Shown piece by piece: positions 17,121 to 28,769 of a stretch of 59,196 nucleotides of DNA (position 1 is the first letter of the stretch; every line of letters starts with the position of its first letter). The stretch comes from Myxococcales bacterium (lineage in GTDB: Bacteria; Desulfobacterota; Binatia; HRBIN30). The stretch lies in contig JBBILD010000022.1 in assembly GCA_037445065.1 (NCBI GenBank), positions 1-59,196 of the forward strand. The letters are read 5' to 3'. Below the pieces are notes generated by a model that saw only the letters and a program-made list of their open reading frames with translations, ran no database searches and had not been told where the DNA came from. The translations under genes were made by a program, and so were the position numbers.

Positions 17121-17783
17121 ATGGCTAGGGGAGAGAGCGGCGAGTTACCACGCCTGATCCCGTTGTTCCCACTCCCGGATGTTGTCTTATTCCCCGGAGT
17201 TTTGCTCCCGCTTCACATTTTCGAGCCACGTTACCGGGCCATGGTTGAGGACGTGGAGCGATCGGCAGACCCTTTGATTGGGATGACCCTGCTGCGCGGC
17301 GATTGGCATAAGGACTACTTTGGCTACCCGGAGATCTTTGCCACAGGGTGTGCAGGACGGATAATTGACCTCGTGCGCCTGCCGGACGGCCGTTACAACA
17401 TCGTCCTCTCAGGTGTGCGTGAATTCACGGTCGTCACTGAGCGCCGGGACCGTTTGTACAGGCAGGCAGTCGTGGAATGGCGGCGGGAAACGGAACCTGC
17501 CCTGCGGGAGGAGGAGCGGCTGGACCTCTTGCAGAGGGGACTTGCACTGCTGCGTCGTCTTCCTCACCCACCGGGCTGGGTGACCCACCTGCAGGATCTC
17601 CCTGGCCACCACTTGGTCAACGTCCTGAGTTTTGCCCTTCCGTTACAGGTGCTGGAGAAACAAGCCCTCCTCGAAGCGTGCTCGTTGCAAGAGCGGGCTT
17701 GGCGCTTACGTGAAGCGATTGAGTTTCAAATGTACGAACAGCGGTACGCGCCCGAAGAACGCAGTGCTCGCGATCCGCACTAA
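17121..17783 (+). CDS. LON peptidase substrate-binding (N-terminal) domain protein
   Basis: IPLFPLPDVVLFPG..LPLHIFEPRYR, LPDGRYNI, EKQALLE. No AAA+ or protease domain. Confidence 0.88.
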   Translation: MARGESGELPRLIPLFPLPDVVLFPGVLLPLHIFEPRYRAMVEDVERSADPLIGMTLLRGDWHKDYFGYPEIFATGCAGRIIDLVRLPDGRYNIVLSGVREFTVVTERRDRLYRQAVVEWRRETEPALREEERLDLLQRGLALLRRLPHPPGWVTHLQDLPGHHLVNVLSFALPLQVLEKQALLEACSLQERAWRLREAIEFQMYEQRYAPEERSARDPH

Positions 17784-17898
17784 TCGTGGAAATTCCGTGG
17801 ATAGACTTGCCTAGGGGCAGTCGCTATAGCCGACTAAGTTCAAACGGAAGTTTCGAGCGGAGCTTCTGGAGCGCCAGCCAGAAGGGAGAAGTCGCGCA

Positions 17899-19101
17899 AT
17901 GCCAAAGACGGTTCAGGAGTTGCTGCAGGACGCTCGGCGGGTGGTGCCCGAGTGGGACACCGAGCAAGTGCGGAAAGCCCTCGATTCGCAAGACTGGGTA
18001 CTGTTGGACGTACGGGAGAAGGATGAGTATCGGGAGGGACACCTGCCGGGGGCGATTTCCCTGCCGCGAGGCTTTTTGGAGCTGCGTGTTGAACAGCTTG
18101 TACCGGATAAGCGTAAGCCAATTATTGCGTACTGCGCTGGAGGTACACGGTCTTTGCTGGCTGCCAAGCAGCTGATCGAGATGGGGTATGAGAAGGTGGT
18201 CTCGATGGCGGGAGGGTTTACCGCTTGGAAGAACCAGGGGCTGCCTTGGAAGCAAGACCGTCAATTTACCGCCGAGCAGCTAACACGATACAGCCGGCAC
18301 TTCTTGTTGCCGGAGGTTGGTGAAGACGGGCAGTCGCGGCTTCTCGATGCGAAAGTGCTCCTCATCGGAGCCGGTGGATTGGGTTCTCCGACCGCTTTTT
18401 ACTTGGCGGCCGCAGGAGTGGGGACCATCGGAATCGTGGATCACGATGTGGTGGACCTTTCAAACCTGCAGCGCCAAATTCTGCACACTCACGATCGGAT
18501 CGGAATGCCGAAGGTAGAGTCTGCCCGCATGACGCTGCAGGCGCTCAACCCGGACGTGAAGGTCATTGGGTACCAGGAGCGGCTCTCTTCGGAGAATGCG
18601 CTGCGCTTGTTTGCCGACTACGACGTGATTGTTGACGGGTGCGATAACTTCCCCACCCGCTACTTGGTGAATGATGCTTGCGTGATGTTGGGCAAGCCGA
18701 ATGTGCACGGCAGTATCTTTCAATTCGAAGGGCAAGCGTCGGTGTTTTACCCTGGTAAGGGGCCTTGCTACCGTTGCCTGTTTCCAGAGCCCCCACCCCC
18801 GGGTGCCGCGCCGAGTTGCGCAGAGGCAGGCGTGCTTGGCGTGCTGCCTGGCCTAGTGGGTTGTGTCCAGGCGCTCGAGACGATCAAGCTCATTTTGGGG
18901 GTCGGGAAACCGCTGATTGGGCGTATGGTTTACTTCGACACCTTGAGCATGGAGGTTCGTATCCACAAGCTGCGGCGTGATCCTAAGTGCCCAGTGTGCG
19001 GTGAGCAGCCCACTATCACAAAGCTGATCGATTATGAAGAGTTTTGCGGCCTGCGTACGCCGGTAGGTGGAGGGGCGGTAGCCGCAGCAGCGGCACGCTG
19101 A
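17899..19101 (+). CDS. moeB: Rhodanese-fused ThiF/MoeB (E1-like) adenylyltransferase
   Basis: Rhodanese DVRE..EY..GH and CAGGTRS, then RYSRH, GAGGLGS, SNLQRQ, CYRC...CPVC. Confidence 0.9.
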   Translation: MPKTVQELLQDARRVVPEWDTEQVRKALDSQDWVLLDVREKDEYREGHLPGAISLPRGFLELRVEQLVPDKRKPIIAYCAGGTRSLLAAKQLIEMGYEKVVSMAGGFTAWKNQGLPWKQDRQFTAEQLTRYSRHFLLPEVGEDGQSRLLDAKVLLIGAGGLGSPTAFYLAAAGVGTIGIVDHDVVDLSNLQRQILHTHDRIGMPKVESARMTLQALNPDVKVIGYQERLSSENALRLFADYDVIVDGCDNFPTRYLVNDACVMLGKPNVHGSIFQFEGQASVFYPGKGPCYRCLFPEPPPPGAAPSCAEAGVLGVLPGLVGCVQALETIKLILGVGKPLIGRMVYFDTLSMEVRIHKLRRDPKCPVCGEQPTITKLIDYEEFCGLRTPVGGGAVAAAAAR

Positions 19102-19150
19102 GAGCCGAAGTCGTACTTAGGCAGAGTATCAGGTTCTCGAGGGAAGGGCC

Positions 19151-19411
19151 GTGGAGGAAAGCGCTCGCCCGATCCGCCTTTCGGTGAAGTTGCACGCGAC
19201 GTTGCGTCGCTATTTGCCGGCCGGCGTTGAGGCTGAGCCGTTTTCGGTCGAGCTCTTTGAAGGTGCACGGGTTTCCGACCTACTCGCTCGCCTTGGCATA
19301 CCGGACGACCATGCAAAGATCTGCATCGTGGATGGCGAGCAAAGCCCTAAGGAGCGGGTCCTGCGTGACGGAGCATCCGTGGCACTGTTCCCACCTTTGG
19401 CTGGCGGGTGA
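19151..19411 (+). CDS. MoaD/ThiS-family sulfur carrier (ubiquitin-like)
   Basis: 86 aa, beta-grasp pattern, C-terminal FPPLAGG. Confidence 0.85.
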   Translation: MEESARPIRLSVKLHATLRRYLPAGVEAEPFSVELFEGARVSDLLARLGIPDDHAKICIVDGEQSPKERVLRDGASVALFPPLAGG

Positions 19412-19481
19412 ATTGGCTGCGTGCCCGATCGGCGCAGTGAGCCTTGACTGGCGGGTGTGCCTGTGGCCTTGAAGACTCGCT

Positions 19482-20324
19482 ATGGGCATTCGCTACGAGA
19501 AAGACGGTCGCATTGTCACCATCACCATCGATCGCCCGGAAGCCCGGAACGCGTTGGACCTCGAACACTTTGGCCAGCTCGCAGATTGCTGGATTCGCTT
19601 TCGGGATGACGACGAGGCATACGTAGCGATCCTGACCGGCGTGGGGGACGTATACTGCGTCGGGGCCGACTTGAAGCGTTTCATCCCGATGGTCACGGAA
19701 AACGTCGAAAACCTGGCTGCTGGTGGTGCGCGGGAACAGGTAGGCGAGTCACGGTACACCATGGCTCATAGCCTCATCGCGGTGCTGCGAGACGGGGCCG
19801 CCTTGCCGGACGGTACCGAGTTCACCCTGTACAAACCGGTCATTGCCGCAATTAACGGGATTTGTGCGGCAGGGGGTCTGGAAATGATGTGGAACACGGA
19901 TCTGCGCGTGATGGCGGAGGACGCGTGGCTGCAGCTGTCGGAGCCGCGTAGGGGATTGTTTCCGGGCGGTGGGTCCACCGTGCATAGCGTTCGCCAGCTT
20001 TCGTGGTGCCACGCCATGGAACTTCTGCTTCTGGCCGACCGCATTCCCGCGCGTCGCGCACTGGAAATGGGTCTGGTGAACGCGGTCGTCCCCCGTGACC
20101 AGGTGATGGCTCAGGCGCGCGCTTGGGCGGAAACGATTTGCCTAAATGGGCCTCTTGCGGTGCGTGCGTGCAAAGAGTCGGCAAAGCGAAGTACGTTTCT
20201 TGACCTAAAGTCCGCTCTGGCGCTCGAAATGGAATACTCTGCGCGTGTGTTCATGAGCGAAGACGCGCGCGAGGGCGTGGCTGCGTTCAAGGAAAAGCGG
20301 CCGCCTCGCTGGCAAGGCAAGTAA
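19482..20324 (+). CDS. Enoyl-CoA hydratase/isomerase family protein
   Basis: ITIDRPEARNAL, CVGADL, KPVIAAING...GG.E, EDAREG..AF.EKR.P. Confidence 0.9.
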   Translation: MGIRYEKDGRIVTITIDRPEARNALDLEHFGQLADCWIRFRDDDEAYVAILTGVGDVYCVGADLKRFIPMVTENVENLAAGGAREQVGESRYTMAHSLIAVLRDGAALPDGTEFTLYKPVIAAINGICAAGGLEMMWNTDLRVMAEDAWLQLSEPRRGLFPGGGSTVHSVRQLSWCHAMELLLLADRIPARRALEMGLVNAVVPRDQVMAQARAWAETICLNGPLAVRACKESAKRSTFLDLKSALALEMEYSARVFMSEDAREGVAAFKEKRPPRWQGK

Positions 20325-20561
20325 AGGGCATTCGCGGCAAGGCGTTGTTCGGCGAGTTCGCGCAAGCACAGAAGGAACTTGCTTTACGGCCTTGTCGCTC
20401 ACCCGCTGGCGGGTGACGTGCGGGCTCGCTTCGGAGGCGGTTCGCTTTCGCGGCCGCAGCCCCTCGCACGTCATTTGGTTTCGAACCATTTTTCCCGAAG
20501 AATTATTGACAACGGGGCCTTCTTCTGCTTTTTGTGTTCGGTCATCATTGGCTTTTTCCTT

Positions 20562-21122
20562 ATGAAATTAGAAAATGGCGAGTTTTCATTAGATCGAATT
20601 GATCTTCAGATTCTGAGCTTGTTGCAGGAAAACTGTAAGCTGCAGCTGGCGCGAATCGGGGAGCGGGTCGGTCTTTCTGCCCCATCGGTCATCGAGCGTA
20701 TCAAGAAGCTCGAGGAAGGGGGGATTATCATCGCCTACCGGGCGATCGTGGATGCGCGTCGTGTCGGGAAGGATGTTGCGGCTTTTGTCGGGGTATCGGT
20801 CAGCGAGCCACGGCACATTGATCGTTTCGAGAAGCGAGTGGCGGAACTCGCGGAGGTATTGGAGTGCCATCACGTGACGGGTCAGCACACCTTCTTGCTC
20901 AAGGTGAAGACCGCCAACACCTCTTCACTGGAACAATTGATTCGAGCCATTCGCTCGATCGAGGGGGTCAACCGGACCGAGACCATGGTGGTTCTTTCGA
21001 CTTCGATCGAACGAACGCAGGTGGCGCTTGCCCCGCAGGCGGAGGCTTCTGGTCGCAAGCTGGGTAAGAAGGCTGCCGGTGCGGGGGAAAGCGTAGAAGC
21101 AAGAGGAGGAGCGAGTTCATGA
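20562..21122 (+). CDS. Lrp/AsnC family transcriptional regulator
   Basis: [43 protein letters not shown]. Confidence 0.9.
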   Translation: MKLENGEFSLDRIDLQILSLLQENCKLQLARIGERVGLSAPSVIERIKKLEEGGIIIAYRAIVDARRVGKDVAAFVGVSVSEPRHIDRFEKRVAELAEVLECHHVTGQHTFLLKVKTANTSSLEQLIRAIRSIEGVNRTETMVVLSTSIERTQVALAPQAEASGRKLGKKAAGAGESVEARGGASS

Positions 21123-24100
21123 CGTATTTGCGCAGGCCGCGGCGAGAGGGACTTTACGACCCTTGGTTCGAGCACGAGGCGTGTGGCGTTGGATTCGTCG
21201 TCAACATCAAGGGGGAGAAGTCTCACGACATCATTGTAAAAGGCCTGCGGGTTCTCGAGAACCTCACGCATCGGGGCGCCTGTGGTTGCGATCCGCTCAC
21301 CGGCGATGGCGCGGGCATTCTGATGCAAATTCCTGACGAATTTTTCCGGGAGGAATGCGCGGGTTTGAACATCAGCCTTCCGCCCGTTGGGGAGTACGGG
21401 GTGGGCATGGTGTTTTTGCCGCGAGATGTGAACGAGAGAAACGTTTGCATCGCCTTGTTCGAGAAGGCCATTCAGGAGTCCGGACAAAAGCTCCTCGGAT
21501 GGAGGAGAGTACCGGTCGACCCCGATCAGTGCGGACCGTTGGCGCGGCAGAGCATGCCGGAAATTCGCCAAGTTTTCATCGGTGTGGGTCGGCAGATCCG
21601 AGATCAGGAAGCCCTCGAGCGAAAGCTGTATGTGATTCGCAAGTCGGTCGAGCGTTATGTGCGCGAAGCGGACCTGCGCGACTCGGAATCGTTCTACGTA
21701 GCGAGCCTTTCGAGCCGTACGATCGTGTACAAGGGGCTGTTGTTACCGACGCAGATCCCCGCATTTTATCAGGACCTCCGCGATCCCCGCGTGAAGTCAG
21801 CGCTCGCATTAGTGCACCAGCGATTTAGCACCAACACGTTTCCGTCTTGGGAACGAGCCCACCCCTATCGGCTGATGGCCCACAACGGAGAAATCAACAC
21901 GCTGCGGGGAAACGAGAATTGGATGCGGGCGCGCGAGAAAATGTTCGCGTCCCCGTTGTTTGGGGCAGACATCGAGAAATTACGCCCGGTAATCGAGGAA
22001 GCGGGCAGTGATTCCGCAAAGTTCGACAACTGCCTGGAACTCTTGGTCCGAACGGGGCGCTCGCTTCCCCACGCGATCATGATGATGATTCCGGAAGCCT
22101 GGCAGAAGCATGAGAGCATGAGTGAGAGCAAGCGGGCGTTTTACCGGTATCACGCCTGTTTGATGGAGCCCTGGGACGGTCCGGCCTCCATTGCATTTAC
22201 CGACGGACGAGTCATCGGTGCGGTTTTGGATCGCAACGGTTTGCGCCCGTCGCGGTACGTGGTGACCAGAGACGGCTTTGTGGTGATGGCCTCCGAGGTG
22301 GGTGTGCTCGACATCCCGCCGGACAATGTCCTGCACAAAGACCGGTTGCAACCAGGCAGGTTGTTCTTGGTTGACACCGAGCAAGGTCGGATTGTCGGCG
22401 ACGAGGAGGTGAAAGAAGCGATCGCGGCCCGCAAGCCGTACCGCCAGTGGCTCGGTGACCACCTGATTCGCCTCGATGACTTACCGAAGGCACGGCCGTC
22501 ATTTCCGAGCTACGACCCGGAGACGCTGCTGACCCGCCAAAAGGTGCACGGGTACACACTCGAAGACCTGCGCATGCTGATGGCACCGATGGCGATCAAC
22601 GCGCAAGAAGCGGTCGGCTCGATGGGAACCGACACGCCGCTGGCTGTTTTGTCCGATCGACCCCAACTGCTGTTCAATTATTTCAAGCAGTTGTTCGCTC
22701 AGGTGACGAATCCACCGATCGACCCGATCCGGGAAGAGATCGTAATGTCGTTAAAGGCAACGATCGGTGCCGAACAAAATTTGTTCGACGAGACCCCCGA
22801 ACACTGCCACCAGCTCGAGTTAGAGAACCCGGTGATTAGCAACGAGGAGCTTGAGAAAATCAAGCACATCGCGGCTGGCAAGATTCGGTCGAAAGTCTTG
22901 TCGGCACTATTTCCCATTCGGGAAGGTGGCGCCGGTTTGGAACGGGCGTTGGAACGGCTGTGTAGAGAAGCCTCGGAGGCAATTGCCCACGGTTACAGCA
23001 TTTTGATCCTTTCCGACCGGGGCCATGACGAAGTGAACGCACCCATCCCCAGTTTGCTCGCTACGGCAGCGGTGCACCATCACTTGATCCGCGAGGGAAC
23101 GCGCACCAAGTGCGGTATTGTGGTGGAATCGGGCGAGCCACGCGAAGTGCACCACTTCTCATGCCTGATTGGTTACGGGGCCGGGGCTGTAAATCCGTAC
23201 CTCGCTTGCGAAACCATTATCGACATGGTGCGCGATGGACGCATTCAGGGGGTGGATGAGGAGACTGCGGTCCAGCACTACCTGAAGGCGGCCAACAAAG
23301 GTGTCCTCAAAGTCATGACCAAAATGGGGATCTCCACGGTACAGAGCTACCGGGGAGCCCAGATCTTCGAGGCAATTGGCCTGAATCGCGAGGTCATTGA
23401 TCGCTACTTTACGTGGACCGCCTCGCGAATCGAGGGTGTAGGCCTCGACGTCATTGCCCAGGAGTGCGCACTCCGCCACCAGCAAGCATACGAAGTGCCC
23501 AGTAACTTGGATGGGGAACTCGATCCCGGAGGACAGTATCAGTGGCGGCGGCGGGGTGAGTACCACATGTACAACCCGGACACGATCGCCAAGCTTCAGC
23601 ACGCGTGCCGCTCAGGCAACTACCAGTTGTTTAAGGAATACTCTCGACTCGTGAACGAGGAGAGCCGGAGGTTGTGCACGATTCGGGGATTGCTGCGTTT
23701 CAAGCCGAGTAAACCCATTCCGCTGAGCGAGGTCGAGCCAGCCACGGAAATCGTGAAGCGGTTCAAGACGGGTGCGATGTCGCTCGGTTCGATCAGCCGA
23801 GAAGCACATGAAACGTTAGCGATCGCAATGAACAGGATCGGGGGAAAGTCCAACACCGGTGAAGGTGGCGAGGACCCGGTTCGATACACGCCCGATCCCA
23901 ACGGGGATTCCCGCCGCAGTGCCATCAAGCAAGTTGCTTCTGGCCGTTTTGGGGTGACGAGCTACTATCTCGTCAACGCCGACGAGATTCAGATCAAGAT
24001 GGCACAGGGAGCCAAGCCGGGAGAGGGTGGGCAGCTACCTGGCCATAAAGTCGATGCGTACATCGCTAGCATTCGTTATTCGACGCCTGGTGTCGGCCTG

Positions 24101-25654
24101 ATTTCACCGCCGCCTCATCACGACATTTACTCGATCGAGGACCTGGCTCAGCTGATCCACGACTTGAAAAACGCAAACAATCGAGCCCGCATTAGCGTCA
24201 AGCTGGTGGCGGAAGTTGGCGTGGGAACAGTCGCGGCAGGGGTTTCGAAGGGGAAGGCAGACGTGGTACTGATCAGCGGTGATTCCGGGGGCACCGGGGC
24301 TTCACCGCTCACTTCGATCAAACATGCTGGTCTACCCTGGGAACTCGGCTTGGCGGAGACGCAGCAAGTGCTGGTCATGAACGACCTGCGTGGCCGCATT
24401 CGTGTCGAGACGGACGGGCAACTCAAGACTGGGCGAGACGTTGCCATTGCGGCGCTCTTGGGTGCTGAAGAGTTCGGTTTCGCAACCGCTGCTCTGGTGG
24501 CCTCTGGCTGCATCATGATGCGTGTCTGCCACCTGAATACCTGTCCTGTGGGCATTGCTACGCAGGACCCGGTTCTCCGGAAGAAATTTGCCGGCAAGCC
24601 CGAGCACGTGGTGAACTTCATGATGTTCGTTGCCGAGGAATTGCGGCAAATCATGGCCGAACTCGGCTTCCGAACGGTGGATGAGATGGTGGGCCGCGTG
24701 GACATGCTCGAAGCGGCCGAGGCAATCGAGCACTGGAAAGCGAAGGGCGTTGATTTGAGCCAGATCTTGCACAAGCCGGACGTGCCCCCCTCGGTTCCCA
24801 TCCGCTGCGTCCAGGAGCAGGACCACGGGCTCGACAAGGCTCTCGACAACGAGTTGCTCAGGCTGGCTGCCCCGGCTCTCGAGCGCGCAGAACCAGTCCA
24901 AATCCAGCTGCCGATCCGCAACGTTAACCGCACCGTATGCACCATGCTGTCTTCGGAGGTGTCGCGGCGTTACGGAGAACAAGGTCTCCCGCCCGACACC
25001 ATCCGGATCAAATTTACTGGCTCCGCGGGCCAGAGCTTTTGCGCGTTCTTGGCGAACGGGATTTCCGTCGAACTGGAAGGCGATGCGAACGATTATTTTG
25101 GAAAAGGCCTGTCCGGTGGGCGCATCGTGGTGTACCCACCTCGCGACGCGAGTTTTGCAGCCGAAGACAACATCATCGTTGGTAACGTCTCCTTGTACGG
25201 GGCCACGGGCGGAGAAGTCTTCCTTCGCGGTCAGGCGGGAGAGCGATTCTGCGTGCGCAACAGCGGTGTAACCGCGGTCGTGGAGGGGGTGGGAGATCAT
25301 GGTTGCGAGTATATGACCCGCGGCACCGTGGTGATTCTCGGGCGCACCGGTCGGAACTTCGCCGCTGGTATGAGCGGTGGCTTGGCCTACGTGTTGGACT
25401 TGGATGGAGACTTCGTAAAGCGCTGCAATTTGGGCATGGTCGACGTGGTGCCGTTGGATGCGCAAGACGTCGAAGTGGTGCACAACCTGGTCCGTCGCCA
25501 CTACGCTTATACCCACAGTGCTGTGGCGTGGCGGGTACTGTCCGGCTGGAAGGAGTACGTAGAGAAGTTCGTGAAGGTCTTTCCGGTGGAATACCAGCAA
25601 GTCTTGCGCAAGCAGCACCTGGATTCGGAAGCCGCGAAACTGGCCAGCATTTAG
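21119..25654 (+). CDS. gltB: Glutamate synthase large subunit
   Basis: ACGVGF Ntn Cys, [42 protein letters not shown]-terminal GXGXG repeats. Confidence 0.98.
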   Translation: MTYLRRPRREGLYDPWFEHEACGVGFVVNIKGEKSHDIIVKGLRVLENLTHRGACGCDPLTGDGAGILMQIPDEFFREECAGLNISLPPVGEYGVGMVFLPRDVNERNVCIALFEKAIQESGQKLLGWRRVPVDPDQCGPLARQSMPEIRQVFIGVGRQIRDQEALERKLYVIRKSVERYVREADLRDSESFYVASLSSRTIVYKGLLLPTQIPAFYQDLRDPRVKSALALVHQRFSTNTFPSWERAHPYRLMAHNGEINTLRGNENWMRAREKMFASPLFGADIEKLRPVIEEAGSDSAKFDNCLELLVRTGRSLPHAIMMMIPEAWQKHESMSESKRAFYRYHACLMEPWDGPASIAFTDGRVIGAVLDRNGLRPSRYVVTRDGFVVMASEVGVLDIPPDNVLHKDRLQPGRLFLVDTEQGRIVGDEEVKEAIAARKPYRQWLGDHLIRLDDLPKARPSFPSYDPETLLTRQKVHGYTLEDLRMLMAPMAINAQEAVGSMGTDTPLAVLSDRPQLLFNYFKQLFAQVTNPPIDPIREEIVMSLKATIGAEQNLFDETPEHCHQLELENPVISNEELEKIKHIAAGKIRSKVLSALFPIREGGAGLERALERLCREASEAIAHGYSILILSDRGHDEVNAPIPSLLATAAVHHHLIREGTRTKCGIVVESGEPREVHHFSCLIGYGAGAVNPYLACETIIDMVRDGRIQGVDEETAVQHYLKAANKGVLKVMTKMGISTVQSYRGAQIFEAIGLNREVIDRYFTWTASRIEGVGLDVIAQECALRHQQAYEVPSNLDGELDPGGQYQWRRRGEYHMYNPDTIAKLQHACRSGNYQLFKEYSRLVNEESRRLCTIRGLLRFKPSKPIPLSEVEPATEIVKRFKTGAMSLGSISREAHETLAIAMNRIGGKSNTGEGGEDPVRYTPDPNGDSRRSAIKQVASGRFGVTSYYLVNADEIQIKMAQGAKPGEGGQLPGHKVDAYIASIRYSTPGVGLISPPPHHDIYSIEDLAQLIHDLKNANNRARISVKLVAEVGVGTVAAGVSKGKADVVLISGDSGGTGASPLTSIKHAGLPWELGLAETQQVLVMNDLRGRIRVETDGQLKTGRDVAIAALLGAEEFGFATAALVASGCIMMRVCHLNTCPVGIATQDPVLRKKFAGKPEHVVNFMMFVAEELRQIMAELGFRTVDEMVGRVDMLEAAEAIEHWKAKGVDLSQILHKPDVPPSVPIRCVQEQDHGLDKALDNELLRLAAPALERAEPVQIQLPIRNVNRTVCTMLSSEVSRRYGEQGLPPDTIRIKFTGSAGQSFCAFLANGISVELEGDANDYFGKGLSGGRIVVYPPRDASFAAEDNIIVGNVSLYGATGGEVFLRGQAGERFCVRNSGVTAVVEGVGDHGCEYMTRGTVVILGRTGRNFAAGMSGGLAYVLDLDGDFVKRCNLGMVDVVPLDAQDVEVVHNLVRRHYAYTHSAVAWRVLSGWKEYVEKFVKVFPVEYQQVLRKQHLDSEAAKLASI

Positions 25655-25687
25655 GACGCTCAGCACAACAGCGAGACGAGGATCGAG

Positions 25688-27136
25688 ATGGGCAAGATCA
25701 CCGGATTCTTAGAGTACCGCCGGGAACTTCCTCCGCGCCGGCCTGTCCGGGAACGATTGCGCGACTGGCGCGAGTTGGAAGGCAAGCATCCCGAGGATCG
25801 GCTTCGCTTACAAGCAGCCCGCTGCATGGACTGTGGCATACCCTTTTGCCACAAGGGCTGTCCCCTCGGAAACATCATTCCCGACTGGAATGACCTTGTG
25901 TACCGGGGCCGTTGGAAAGAGGCAATCGACCGACTGCACTCGACGAACAACTTTCCTGACTTTACCGGCCGGGTCTGTCCGGCTCCTTGCGAAGAGGCCT
26001 GTGTACTGAACATCAACGATGACCCGGTCACGATCAAGCAAGTGGAAAAGCAAATCATCGACCACGCCTTCAAAGAAGGCTGGGTGGTACCCCAGGTGCC
26101 GGCCCACCGTACGGGGAAGAAAGTTGCCATCGTGGGGTCTGGACCCGCCGGTTTGGCGTGCGCGCAACAACTGGCGAGAGCGGGGCACAGTGTCACCGTG
26201 TTCGAGCGGGCCGACCGCGTTGGCGGACTGCTGCGTTACGGGATCCCCGATTTCAAGATGGAGAAACACTGGATCGACCGGCGCATTGCCCAGATGGAGG
26301 CAGAAGGTGTGGTCTTCCGGATCAACACCAATGTCGGTGTGGACATCCCGGCCGATCAGTTGCGTGCAGAGTACGATGCAGTGGTACTGGCGGGCGGGGC
26401 CACCCAGGCGCGCGATTTGCCGATCCCCGGGCGAGACCTGCAGGGGATCCATTTGGCCATGGAGTATCTCCCGCAGGCCAACCGCCGAGTGGCTGGAGAT
26501 CCGGTCCCGAATCAGATCACGGCCAAGGGCAAGCGGGTGGTGATTCTCGGTGGAGGGGATACAGGTTCGGACTGCTTGGGCACCGCCAATCGTCAGGGAG
26601 CCGTGGCGGTGTATCAGTTCGAACTTCTGCCTCAGCCCCCGGATACTCGCGGTAATGGGGTTGCTCCGTGGCCATATTGGCCGATGATTTTGCGGACATC
26701 TTCCTCGCACGAGGAGGGGGTCATTCGTGACTGGAGCATTCAAACCAAGCAGTTCCTCGGCGATGAGCGAGGGCACGTTCGTAAACTGCATGCAGTCCGG
26801 CTGCAGTGGCACCAGGAGAACGGCCGCATGGCAATGCGAGAGATCCCTGGAAGCGATTTCACGTTGGATGTTGATCTGGTCCTGCTAGCGCTGGGCTTTG
26901 TGGGGCCGGAATCCTACTTGCTCGAGGACCTTGGTGTGATTCTGACGCCGCGCGGAACAGTCGCGGTAGACGATCACTACATGACGAACGTGCCGGGTGT
27001 GTTTTCGTGCGGTGACATGCGCCGCGGCCAATCTTTGGTTGTATGGGCGATCTGGGAAGGGCGGGAGTGTGCTAGGGGAGTGGACGCTTTCCTGATGGGC
27101 CGCACGTACCTGAAGAGCAGCCCTGGACCGTTTTAG
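25688..27136 (+). CDS. gltD: Glutamate synthase small subunit
   Basis: [52 protein letters not shown]. Confidence 0.97.
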   Translation: MGKITGFLEYRRELPPRRPVRERLRDWRELEGKHPEDRLRLQAARCMDCGIPFCHKGCPLGNIIPDWNDLVYRGRWKEAIDRLHSTNNFPDFTGRVCPAPCEEACVLNINDDPVTIKQVEKQIIDHAFKEGWVVPQVPAHRTGKKVAIVGSGPAGLACAQQLARAGHSVTVFERADRVGGLLRYGIPDFKMEKHWIDRRIAQMEAEGVVFRINTNVGVDIPADQLRAEYDAVVLAGGATQARDLPIPGRDLQGIHLAMEYLPQANRRVAGDPVPNQITAKGKRVVILGGGDTGSDCLGTANRQGAVAVYQFELLPQPPDTRGNGVAPWPYWPMILRTSSSHEEGVIRDWSIQTKQFLGDERGHVRKLHAVRLQWHQENGRMAMREIPGSDFTLDVDLVLLALGFVGPESYLLEDLGVILTPRGTVAVDDHYMTNVPGVFSCGDMRRGQSLVVWAIWEGRECARGVDAFLMGRTYLKSSPGPF

Positions 27137-27191
27137 CCGCGCGCAACTGCTGTGCGGCTGCTGTATTGCATCAGACAGTGGGGGCAGCGTG

Positions 27192-28769
27192 TCAGATAAA
27201 GCGTTTCATCTGGGCCCAGAGGCTGGCCGCAGGAAGGCGGGGAAATCGAGCCAGGAGAATGGGTGCCCCGTCCTCCCGGCACCAGTCGCAGCGGAACGTT
27301 GCAAGCCGCCTCACTTCAGAAAACTGGCCCCGGGCATCCTTTTCAGGAAAGCCGATGAGCAGAAACGCTTCGTCCCACTCTTGAGGCCGCGCCCAGTACC
27401 AGTACTGATTGTGCACACTTGCGATTGTCGGACGAGTGGTGGCGTTGAGAAACAGTTCCAGTGCCGCTGCTTGCCCATAATTCGCCGTAACCACGACGGT
27501 TCGGGCCCGAATGTCTGAGGGAAGGCTCGCCCACGTTACCTGGACCAAATCGGCGAGTTCGTTCCAACCATAGCGGTCCGCCAAATGTTGGGGCAAAACG
27601 GCTGGTGCGGACCGTTCCTCGCGCGGAACGCCAACCGGCAGCAGTGTCACGTACCGGGCGGTTGCTGAAGCTGGCAACAAAGGCACTGCCAGGGGAATCC
27701 CAGCAAGCTGGAGGACAAAAAGGAGGCTTGCCAGAGACGCGCTGAGAACCCGATGCTTCGTCAAAAATACGGTGCGGGAGAGCGCTGCGGCGCCCAGAGC
27801 GATTCCAAGGGTGTGGGCTGGCACGAGGTAGTAACTTCTTGCAGCCGGGCTGGCGGTTAGCAGGATGGCATTGGCCGCCACGACTCCACCGAGGACGAAT
27901 GCAGGGCTTCCAAGTTGCCCCCGCAAGCCCGCGAAAGCTCCGTATGCAGAAAGCAAGCACGTTAATGGGCCGGCGCTGATCAATTGTTGGGGGATGAAGG
28001 TGAGCGGCGAGCTGTGCTGCATTTTGAGCTGGGTAGCGTTGCGAACGAACTCCGCCGCGGGGAAGCCGTGCGTCATCTGCCAGTAGAGCCAAGGCAGGCT
28101 GCCAACTGCCACCAGCGCCAGCGCAAGCAACGGAGTCAAGCGAATCGAGCTTTTGCCGCTACTGACCAGCGAGGCCAGCGCGACGAGGGGCGCGATCATC
28201 CACAGCATGCTGACTTTGTTGTGGAAGCCGACTGTACCGACAAGGCCCGCCGCGGCCCACGCTATGCACGCCGCGCGAACGTTAGACGCCTGCAGAGCGC
28301 CGATTGCGAGCAGCGCAATCGCGATCCAGAAAATGGGTTCAAGCGCGTTCATCGAGTAAAATCCATGCACTCCGGCGAAGATCGGTGAGGAGAAGACCGC
28401 GAGGCCGGCGACCAACGCGGTGCGCGGATCGGCTCCTAGTTGTCTGCCCAGCAGGACCACGCCCGCAAGCGTGAGGGCTCCGCAGGTGGCAGCAAACCAA
28501 CGTAGAGCTTCCAGGGACGCGGAGGCCCAAAGCAAACCCCGCAGGAGCAGCACGGAAAAGGACGGATGGTCGACGTAGGACCAAGACAAACGTCGCGCGC
28601 ACGCCACGTAGTACAGCTCATCGCGAAACCAGCCTCCGTGGGAGGCCACGAGGTGCAGCGCAATCTTCAAGATGACCAGTGCGAGCAGGAGCTTCCAGGG
28701 AAACTTTGGGTTCGGACGATCGGTGGGCCCGACCGTGCAGTCACTGACTTCTAGCCTGCTACTGGCCAT
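27192..28769 (-). CDS. GT-C fold membrane glycosyltransferase (family 39/ArnT-like)
   Basis: FRDELYY...YVDHP first loop, many TM helices, C-terminal NYGQAAA..HNQY.YW. Confidence 0.85.
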   Translation of the reverse strand: MASSRLEVSDCTVGPTDRPNPKFPWKLLLALVILKIALHLVASHGGWFRDELYYVACARRLSWSYVDHPSFSVLLLRGLLWASASLEALRWFAATCGALTLAGVVLLGRQLGADPRTALVAGLAVFSSPIFAGVHGFYSMNALEPIFWIAIALLAIGALQASNVRAACIAWAAAGLVGTVGFHNKVSMLWMIAPLVALASLVSSGKSSIRLTPLLALALVAVGSLPWLYWQMTHGFPAAEFVRNATQLKMQHSSPLTFIPQQLISAGPLTCLLSAYGAFAGLRGQLGSPAFVLGGVVAANAILLTASPAARSYYLVPAHTLGIALGAAALSRTVFLTKHRVLSASLASLLFVLQLAGIPLAVPLLPASATARYVTLLPVGVPREERSAPAVLPQHLADRYGWNELADLVQVTWASLPSDIRARTVVVTANYGQAAALELFLNATTRPTIASVHNQYWYWARPQEWDEAFLLIGFPEKDARGQFSEVRRLATFRCDWCREDGAPILLARFPRLPAASLWAQMKRFI

